NCBI GenBank assembly: GCA_964526305.1
Contig: CAZGKV010000005.1
Span: forward strand, 41,546-105,545
Reading direction: 5' to 3'
Origin: an uncultured Planctomycetales bacterium
Lineage (GTDB): Bacteria; Planctomycetota; MHYJ01; JACPRB01
DNA: 64,000 nucleotides
Shown in pieces: positions 36,350 to 44,781 of this stretch (within the stretch, counting starts at the first letter, position 1; each line of letters begins with the position of its first letter). Below the pieces are notes generated by a model. It saw only the letters and a list, made by a program, of their open reading frames with translations. It searched no databases and was not told the origin of the DNA. A program made the position numbers and the translations under genes.

Positions 36350-39300
36350 ACGGAAAGGCGGCTGGGACGAGAGGAGCCGCGCTGCTCCGGCGTGTAGTAC
36401 TCGTAGACGCTGGAAACGGGCACGGTCGCACGAAGGGGGAAGCGGGGACGGAGCGTGTATTCGAATTCGAACTGTCGGCCCTTGGCCACGCGGCCGAAGT
36501 AGAGCGCGATCTGGCGGCCGGCCAGGGTGTACTTGTCGATGGTCTTCTCGCGGACCATCTCCTCGAACGGCTCACGGTCGACGTCGAATCCCGGCGGGAT
36601 GCCGAGATCCACGATCACCATGAAGGTCCCCTCGCCATGGTAGGCCATCCGGGCTCGTGCCTTCAGCGGCTCGTTCCGTGCCATTTCGGTACGATCGTAT
36701 CGAACCTCAATTTCCAGGGGAGGTTGCGTCTCCGGCGGCACCCGGTCCCAGGGCAGATAGTACCGCCCCGTCACCTGTACGCTCGCCCGCAAGTCTCCGT
36801 CCGCGTCGATCTCGACTTGGTTTACGCCTGGGCCCGTAAGCGCCGTTACATCCACGGCTTGGGCGACATCGAAGTTCGTTCCGTCGATCGGCCGGAATCC
36901 CTCGCCGACCTCACGTCCGTTGACACGCAGGCGAAGAGCGACCCCCTTCGCGGGCGGTTTCGACTTGCCCGCCTCCAGGAGAGCCTTGAGCGCGAGAATG
37001 GTGGCCTGTGTCGACCCCCAGGCGCCGGTCGCGTCCTTGTCCCGGGCGATTGCGGACAAGCCTCCGTCCGCCACGGGAGAATCGCGGAGCGCCATCGTTG
37101 CCAAGGCCGTCGTCTCGACCCCGCCGGACTTTCCCCAGGAATAGAAAAGTCCTTGCCCGGGCATCGTCCACCGGGCCGCACCCTGCTCCCGCGTAGCCAT
37201 TCCCTCGAGCCGAGCCAGGATTCGCGGGTCGGGGTGGGCGTTGGCGATGAGAGCGAGCGCATATGGATCTTCCAGCTTTTCCCATCGCGATTGCAGGTAC
37301 GCGACCGCTCGGGCGTTCGGACGACCCGCCGCGCGGAGCGCCCAGGCCACGTACGCGGTTGTCGCGACCGGGTCCGACCCACTCCATCGTTTTTCGCCCG
37401 ACCAGGATCCGTCGGAATTCTGTCGCGACAGGAGAAGTCGTACCGCCCGATCGATGACGGCCGAATCCACGGGGTGGACCTTCGCCATATCGACGAACTC
37501 GAGAACACCGTACGCCGTGAGAACGGTGTTCGCCGGCGCCTTTCCGTACCAGTCGAACCCGCCCCCCGACACCTCGAAAGTAAGAAGCCGCTGGTATCCC
37601 TGGCTCAGCGCCTGCTCCAACTTCATCTGCCACTCGGGCGTCAACTGACGCGTCTCCTTGAGATAACCCATCACGAGTACGTTCGGATAGGTCACGCTCG
37701 TGGTTTGTTCGAATCAGCCGTAGGGCATCCGCACGAGCGCTTCGAGCCCGGTGACGATCTCCGAGAAGCTCGACGGATAGAGGCGCACCCAGGTGCGGTG
37801 CGCGCCTTCGATCGACTCGCGGGGAATCTCGACCTGGAGCCGCGAAGAGGTGCGAAGTCGATCTCCCGCGGCGAAGGGGAAGGCCTTGCCGTCGGGCATG
37901 ACCTCGAGGGTGCGCGCGACGCGATCCGCGAAGCTTGCCGCGGTGGCCAGGACCTCGAGCCGATGCGTCCCGAACTTCGCCGCGCGGATCCGATAGAGGA
38001 TCGAAGTCACGCGCTGCGGCTCGACTTCGACGGACTTCTCGGCCGGATCCAGAAGATCGATCCCCGCCTCCGCGGTAAAGCGAAGCGTCACGGTGTCGCG
38101 CTTGTCCGTAAAGTTGTACACCGCGACGGGAACCCAAAGCTCGTCCCCTTGCGTCAGCGAAACGGGCAGATCGAGATCTACGAAGAAGGGCTGGAAGACT
38201 TTGATGCCGTCCACCCCGCTCCCCAGCCGACCGTCGCGGGAAACCGCGCTCATCGTCATTCGCCAGGTGGTGATCGAGTCGGCGCCTCGGAACCGCACGC
38301 GAGCCCGGCCGTGTTCGTCCGTGAGGATTTCCGAGTTCCAATAGAGCGTTTCCGGGAACCACTCGCGCAGGCGCGGGGGATCGGACTTGGCGGGATCCGA
38401 CTTGGATCCCGTCGCGCCGCCTCCCCCCGTCGTTTCCGATCGCAAGGCCATGCCTTTGGGGTGTTGCGAGAACAAGGCGAAGAATCCTCCGCACAACAGA
38501 ATCCCGCACACGACTGCCTCGGCGACGATGCAACCGACCCGGCCACGGACGGCCTCGCGCACTGCGTACACGAACGTCCCGATCACGAGGACGAGGAAGA
38601 ACGCGATGCCGGCGATCGCTCCGGCGATTCGCGCCCGCTCGTTGTGTCGATTGATCCACCGGTTGATGGTGTCTTGCTTGTCCCCATGTCGGCAGCGCGC
38701 GACCGCACGGTTCTCCTCGGATTCCTGCGCCGCCGCGGCCCGGACTCGATCCGTCATCGGCGCTTTGAGCTGGTACCGCGGCTTCAGGAGGTCTTCGACG
38801 ATTCGGAAATAATCCCGCTCCAGCCCGGGCCGCGCCTCCGCAAGGGCGTAGACCGCCTCGTCCACGACTCCCAAGGTGATCGCCGAAACGACCGGCCGAC
38901 CCGTGGAGTCCAGGACTTCGAACTCGATGGAGATTTCCTCTCCGGGCCGGTACTCGCTCTTCGATAGCTTCGGCCGGATCTGAAGCTCCGTCGGAAGATC
39001 GACGATGACCACTCTCGAGTCGCGGACGATGTCGCCGTCCTCACGGATACGGTAGGCCGAAAGTCGCACGGTGCCGGTGAGTTCCGTCGGAAGATCGAGA
39101 GGAAGCACGCCCCGGCCGGCCCTGACCTCAAGCGTGCGGGTCAGGATCGTCTGGTCGTTTTTCACCAGGTCGACGAAAAGCGTGAGATCGCGCGCGGCAT
39201 ACGCCGTGACGGAGAGCGTCTCGCCGGCCCGGGCGGTGGGCTCAACCTGGAGAGCGAAATCCTTCGCCCCGAGTCGGCTGGAAGGGTGATACGTGAGAGA

Positions 39301-40698
39301 GGCACGCCGTCCGGCTCCGTCTTTCGCGTCGATCCGAACCGGATCGAGCCGTCGTCCGATCGCGACGACTCCGACTCCCGCGGAATCGGTCGCGACCGAC
39401 CCCCCCGGAGTGGTCAGCTCGCATCGGGCGGGCCGTCCGTCCGGATACGTCGTGATCACGAAGAGCGAATTGTCGATTCCGGCGACCACTTCTCCGAACA
39501 CCGGCACGACCTCGATTACGATCGGGTCCCGAGAGACGGGGATGCGGATCTTCTTCCGCTCGGTCTGCCCCGCTCCGTCCACCACCGTCGCTTCGAGCGG
39601 GACGTCCCCCTCGTGGGGCGTCAGACGCATCTCGAAAGTCCACCGCCCGTTCGAGTCGAGCCGTCCCGACAGCCGCTCCGGGCCGGAAAGCTCGACGCGG
39701 CCGTCGGCCACCGGCCGGGGAAAAAAGTACCGCGCCTCGACCGTCCCCCGAATCGTGTCGCCGGGCGCGTAGAAGGAAGAATCCGTCGTTACCGTCACGC
39801 CGAATTTCGGAAGGACATATCGACTCACCTCGACGGTGCGTTCGCTCTCGACGGCGGCGACGCGCGCCCGGATGCGCCATCGTCCGAGGATTACCTCGTC
39901 GGCCAGGCGGAAATCGACCGCGAAGATCCCGAAGTCGGAGGTCGTCCCTTCCTTCTTGTAGACCTTCGTTCCGTTCGGGTCCTCGATTTCGATGACGGCC
40001 GACGTCCGCGCGTACGGCTTCATCCGGAAATTGTCCATCGTGAGGGAGCGGATGTGGATCTCTTGCGTCGGCTGATACACGGGCTTGTCGGTGGTGAGGA
40101 GGATGCGGGCGGGTCGTTCGATGCGGATCGATCCGGTGAGCGTATCCGATGCCAGGGCGGAAGAGACTTCCACCGTGAGCGTCGCGGCGCCTTCCAGGTC
40201 GCTCGGAAGATCGAAAGCGAGCTCCGCGGAGCCGTTCGACGCGGTCTGGGCCGCCGGCGATTCCAGAACGCGCTCGCCGATTCGGACGCGCCCGCGAACG
40301 CTCGCGCCGGCGACGGGCCTCCCGCCGCGGTGATCCGAGACGAGGACGCGCGCCACGGTGCGCGTGCCCGAATGCCAGAGCGTCCCCGCGACGACGTGGA
40401 CCTCCTGCGGATCCGCCTCTTGGACATTGACCCAGACGAGGCCCGCCGTCATGGCGACGAGGACGAGCGCGGCCGCCACCGCCGGAATTCGCCACCACCG
40501 GCGGCGCCGAACGAGCACCGGCTTGGCGCCGGGGGGGGCGAATCGTCCCGCCGCCCGTTCCAGCTCCGCGTCGGCTCCTCGGAACTGTTCGAGACGGCTC
40601 CGGCACTTCGCGCACTCGGAGAGATGGCGCTCCATCTCCTCGCGGTCGGCGAGCTCGCCGTCCAGGTATAGGCTGAGCTTGAGGTCGTCGCAATCCAT
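36343..40698 (-). CDS. zf-HC2 anti-sigma/alpha-2-macroglobulin fusion with in-frame UGA at the thioester Cys (putative selenoprotein, 1451 aa)
   Basis: N-terminal HLSECAKC and TM helix, MG-domain motifs (TDKPVYQP, YVLPKF), FPETLYW, FQPFFVDLDLP. RMPYG-TGA(37716-37714)-FEQTTSVTYPN continues in frame into TED and receptor-domain sequence. Confidence 0.8.
37672..37702 (-). promoter_or_regulatory. Candidate bacterial SECIS hairpin for the macroglobulin UGA
   Basis: Starts 11 nt after the UGA: cacgag/ctcgtg (6 bp) plus cgt/acg (3 bp), with an 11-nt loop beginning with G 20 nt after the UGA. Confidence 0.55.
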
Positions 40699-40700
40699 CT

Positions 40701-41162
40701 TCACACCTTTCCCGAGATCATCGCGCGAACTCGGTGGAGTTTTTCGCCGACGGCGGTCACCGTCATTCCGAGAACTTCCGCAATCTGGGCGTACGGCATC
40801 CCGTCGACATATCGAAGAAGGAGAATCCGGCGGTAATCCTCCCGAAGACCGTCGACGAGCCGCATCACATGGGCGATGCGGTCGTCCGGTTCCTCGGGGC
40901 GGGGCGCGGCCAGGTCCATCGCGTGCTCCTCGATCGACACGGTAGCGCGGCGGGACCGGAGGACGTCGATCGCCGCGTTCCTCGTCAGCGTGTACAGCCA
41001 GGTTTTCCGATGGAGGACGCCGTCGACGGATTTCCACGCGCGGAGGAAAACCTCCTGCGTTAGGTCGTCGGCGGCGCTTTCGTCGCGGAGGTACGCCCGC
41101 GCGAGAGCGCGAACCATGCGTTCATGCTCGCGCACGAAGGCGTCGAAGTCCGCGCCGGTCAT
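40701..41162 (-). CDS. ECF sigma-70 factor, cognate of the macroglobulin-fused anti-sigma
   Basis: ADDLTQEVFLRAW, KTWLYTLTRNAAID, YAQIAEVLGMTVTAVGEKLHR. Stop lies 2 nt before the anti-sigma ATG. Confidence 0.88.
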   Translation of the reverse strand: MTGADFDAFVREHERMVRALARAYLRDESAADDLTQEVFLRAWKSVDGVLHRKTWLYTLTRNAAIDVLRSRRATVSIEEHAMDLAAPRPEEPDDRIAHVMRLVDGLREDYRRILLLRYVDGMPYAQIAEVLGMTVTAVGEKLHRVRAMISGKV

Positions 41163-41232
41163 CGGATTCTCCCGGCTCCGAAAGTGGGACGAAACGGGGC
41201 GGGGGGATCTTAGAACAAAAGTCCCGCGAGAA

Positions 41233-43872
41233 TCAATCCGTCGGAAGGTCCGCCGCCAGACGTACTCCGATGTGCATGCTGGCGGTCCGGGGCGGGAAGG
41301 TGGCGCGGGAGGCCGATCTGCAGTAGCGGGAAGAGCTGCTCCACCCTCCGCCTTTCACCGCCCATACGGAGAAATCCTCCGAGCGGGTGTTGAGCCAATT
41401 GGCGATCACTCCCGCCATGTCCCGCACTCCGAACGGAGACTCGTCCGCGGGAAAGAGCCCGATGCGTTCCTGGACGCTCTTGCGCTCCAGGTATTCCATC
41501 GGGCGGGATCGTTCGGAGGCGGCGAACGCGAAATCGAACCGGTCCCCCCAGGGAAAACACCGCCCGTCCGCGCCACGGGCCGCCTTTTCCCATTCCTCCT
41601 CCGTCGGGAGTCGAAAGCGCCACCGGTTGTTCCGCTTTTGGGAATACCAGCGCGCATACGCAATCGCATCCTCGAGCGAGATCCCGACGAGCGGTTCATC
41701 GGGATTCCAGTAGAGAAGCGTGAACTTCTCCCCCTCCGTATTCCAAAACGTGCCTCCGTTGTCGAGTCGCGGCTGGCGCTTTCGCGCCTGCGCCGCCGTG
41801 TGCGCGGAGCGATCGTTGAGAAAGTCCAGATACTCGCCGGCCGTTACGGAGAATCGAGCGAGGAAGAAGGAGCCGACAGTCCGGGGGCGGCGCTCGCCCG
41901 GACCTTCGAGTCCTTCTGCCTCCGGATCGCTCCCCGCGATCGTCGCTCCTTCCGGGACGTAGACGAATCCCGCCGGGATGGCGTCCCCCGGGAGGAGCGC
42001 GATCTCGGCGCGGACCGGTCGATCGGGTTCCAGGAGGACGGGGAAACGAGCCTGGGCGAACCCCGCCTTCTCGAAGAGGACCAGATACGAACCCGGCGGG
42101 AGCGACAAGGGGAAGGAGACCTCGTTTTGTTCTCCGGTGTGGAGCCGGTAGGCGCTCCCGTCACGCGCGCTCTTCTTGGCCTCCTCGGGCGAGTCGAAGG
42201 GGAGCGCATCGACTCGAGGGAGGTCGACCTCGCGGGTTCTTCCCTTGGAGTCGCAGGGCAGCGGATGGAGTCGGACGTTTCTCTCTTCGTACCGGAAAAG
42301 CCATGCGCGGGCCCCGGCGGGACGCGTGAGGAGAGTGAGGGACACTCGAACCTCGAACCGAGCCCGATGTTCGGGACCGCCATAGTGCAAAACCTTCTTC
42401 TGCCACCACTCGGCTTCGGCGCGATTCCGGCCCGCGACCGCGCGCTCGTAGCGGGAGAGATAGAGATCCGCCAGAAGGGTGCGGGCCTCGAGGATTCCCG
42501 GATCGAAGGCGAGCGCCGTGAGGGCGGAGAGTTCGGACTCCTGCTCTCGGGCCGCGGCTTCGCGCCGAAGGACGTCGATCCGCGCCTCCAGCTTCCACAC
42601 CTGTTCCTTTTCCGAAGCGGGGGTGGAAGAGGTCAGCGAAGGTTTCCGGATGGACGAAAGCTCGGCGAGGAGTCGGTCTCGGGAGACCAAGGCTTCTCGC
42701 GCCCGGATCATCTCCTGGGCGATTCGGGCGCCCCGTTCGGCCGCCGTCCGATCGGGATCCAATCGTCGGGTCTCGGTGTAGCACTCCAGCGCGCGACTCC
42801 AGCGCCCGTCTCGGGCGGCACGGTCTCCCTCGGCGAGCCAACGGCGGGCGGCCGCCTCACGCCCGGCGGAACGGTAGGAGGAAACACCGCCCGTGCCTGC
42901 GGCGAAAACCGTCGCGGCCAGGAGAAGCGTGGTCCAGACCTTGTGCCGGCGCACGAAGCGCCCGAGTCGGCGAAGCACCCCGATGGGTCGCGCGAGAATG
43001 GAGGCGCCGTCGAGGAACCGGCGCAGGTCGTCGGCGAACGCCTTGGCCGTCGAATAACGGTTCGTGGGCCTCTTCTCCAGCGCCTTGAGGACGACGTTCT
43101 GGAGATCTCTCGGAACCGCGGGATTGAAGCGGCGGAGGGGCGCGACTTCTCGCGCCCGAACCCGGTCGAGAATGACGACGGGATTCGGTCCTTCGAAGGG
43201 GGCCTGCCCGGTGAGGAGTTGGTAGAGCGTCGCGCCGAGGGAGTAGACGTCGCTCCGGGCGTCGCAGTGTTCCCCGCTCGCCTGCTCCGGAGACATGTAG
43301 GCGGGAGTCCCAATGATCACGCCCTGGCTCGTGATCGTGGTTCCCCTCTCCGCCACGCGGGCGAGACCGAAGTCCATGACCCACACGTGGCCGTTGCGGT
43401 CGAGCATCAAGTTGAGCGGAGTCAGGTCGCGGTGGACGATTCCCTTATCGTGCGCGTAGTGAACGGCGTCCGCGGCGTCCCGGACCACCTCGACGGCCCT
43501 CCGGAGCGGCAATCGCAGCTCGTGCAGCGATTTCCCGTCGACGAACTCCATCGCGATGAAGGGCTTCCCCTCGATCTCGCCGACTTCGTGGATGGGGACG
43601 AGGTGCGGATGGCTGAGCTGCGCCGCGAGTTGTGCCTCGCGCATGAAACGCTTGGCGTCCTCCGGATGGGGAGAGTTCAGGAATTTCAGCGCGACGATGC
43701 GGTTGAGCTTGAGATCGCGCGCCCGATAGACGATCCCCATCCCGCCCCGCCCGAGGAGTTCGAGGTCTCCGTACCGCGCGGGCGAGGGAACGGAGGCGGA
43801 TCGCTCGCGCTCGTGCTCGAGGAGGCCCTCGACCACTCGGTCGAGCGAGGGTTCAAGCTTCGAATAGCTCAT
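41233..43872 (-). CDS. Ser/Thr kinase - TM - TPR-like - FGE/SUMF1 (C-type lectin fold) domain protein
   Basis: GRGGMGIVY, HRDLTPLN, DFG. C-terminal RLPTEEEWEKAARGADGRCFPWG, SPFGVRDMAG. Confidence 0.9.
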   Translation of the reverse strand: MSYSKLEPSLDRVVEGLLEHERERSASVPSPARYGDLELLGRGGMGIVYRARDLKLNRIVALKFLNSPHPEDAKRFMREAQLAAQLSHPHLVPIHEVGEIEGKPFIAMEFVDGKSLHELRLPLRRAVEVVRDAADAVHYAHDKGIVHRDLTPLNLMLDRNGHVWVMDFGLARVAERGTTITSQGVIIGTPAYMSPEQASGEHCDARSDVYSLGATLYQLLTGQAPFEGPNPVVILDRVRAREVAPLRRFNPAVPRDLQNVVLKALEKRPTNRYSTAKAFADDLRRFLDGASILARPIGVLRRLGRFVRRHKVWTTLLLAATVFAAGTGGVSSYRSAGREAAARRWLAEGDRAARDGRWSRALECYTETRRLDPDRTAAERGARIAQEMIRAREALVSRDRLLAELSSIRKPSLTSSTPASEKEQVWKLEARIDVLRREAAAREQESELSALTALAFDPGILEARTLLADLYLSRYERAVAGRNRAEAEWWQKKVLHYGGPEHRARFEVRVSLTLLTRPAGARAWLFRYEERNVRLHPLPCDSKGRTREVDLPRVDALPFDSPEEAKKSARDGSAYRLHTGEQNEVSFPLSLPPGSYLVLFEKAGFAQARFPVLLEPDRPVRAEIALLPGDAIPAGFVYVPEGATIAGSDPEAEGLEGPGERRPRTVGSFFLARFSVTAGEYLDFLNDRSAHTAAQARKRQPRLDNGGTFWNTEGEKFTLLYWNPDEPLVGISLEDAIAYARWYSQKRNNRWRFRLPTEEEWEKAARGADGRCFPWGDRFDFAFAASERSRPMEYLERKSVQERIGLFPADESPFGVRDMAGVIANWLNTRSEDFSVWAVKGGGWSSSSRYCRSASRATFPPRTASMHIGVRLAADLPTD

Positions 43873-44587
43873 TCCACTCTTCCCGGAGAGTGGCTTCGTC
43901 GGTCACCGTATCCGTGAGCTCGGCACGGATCTCCGCCCGAATCATCTCCCGGACTTCGAAGAGGTAGTTTCGAACGTCGCTCTCCTTCACTCCGATCTTC
44001 TCGGCGACTTCGGCATAGGTCGGACGAAGCCCGGAAGAGGCCAGCTCGTACTCCTCGTACGCGCGGTAGAGGACTTCTCGTCCCCGCGATAGCAGCCGCT
44101 CGCGCACGCGTCCGAGGGCGAGCCTCACGACCTCGGCGGTCCAAGTGCGATCGAAGATCTTCTGGGGATCCGTCGTTCCGTCGGGAATCTGGTCTTGAAG
44201 CACGAGGTTGGGATCGTCCAGCGGGAGGATCTTCTTCCCGCCTCCCCGCTTGAGCCGTTGCAGGGCTTCGTGCTCGTGCCCCAGGAATCCGCCCAGGAGG
44301 ATACGCAGGTATCTTCGGAAACTGCCCCGCTCCGGGGAGTACTTGGTCAAGGCCTCTCCCTCGAAAAGCCAGAGGAAGAAGGCCTGCGTCAGATCCTTGG
44401 TATCCTCGTTGGTCTTGGCCCAGCTCAAGCGGATGAAACGGTATACCGGCTTCCAATACCGCAGGCAGAGCTTCTCGAACGCGACGCGGTTTTGGTTCAG
44501 CGGCTGATGGATCTTCGAAATCAGGCTCCACGTCGTCACCGGGAAGGTGGAGTCGCGGCCGCCGATCGAAGTGTCGTCGAATTCCAT
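43853..44587 (-). CDS. ECF sigma factor, kinase-associated planctomycete type
   Basis: FPVTTWSLI N-terminal motif, YWKPVYRFI, DLTQAFF, KRGGG, YAEVAEKIG. 20-nt overlap with the kinase start. Confidence 0.85.
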   Translation of the reverse strand: MEFDDTSIGGRDSTFPVTTWSLISKIHQPLNQNRVAFEKLCLRYWKPVYRFIRLSWAKTNEDTKDLTQAFFLWLFEGEALTKYSPERGSFRRYLRILLGGFLGHEHEALQRLKRGGGKKILPLDDPNLVLQDQIPDGTTDPQKIFDRTWTAEVVRLALGRVRERLLSRGREVLYRAYEEYELASSGLRPTYAEVAEKIGVKESDVRNYLFEVREMIRAEIRAELTDTVTDEATLREEWNELFEA

Positions 44588-44781
44588 CTGCGCTCGAGTG
44601 TACGACAGGAACGCGCGGTTTGGTTACCCATTCGAAGAGGACGCGAAGCCCTCCAGCAGCTCCCGCGCGCGCGCGAAGGTCTCTTCCGCCCCGTTCCGAG
44701 CCTCCTCGGGCAGCTCGCCGAAGTCGGCCAGGGCCTCGTCGACCCCCGGCGGATGTGGGGCAGGATGAAATCGAGGCGGAG

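Noticed and set aside
36343-40698. Macroglobulin as two separate genes or a frameshifted pseudogene
   Set aside because: Both halves are in one frame with a single TGA exactly at the motif Cys, and the downstream ORF starts mid-domain with no RBS. A nonsense mutation remains a formal alternative.
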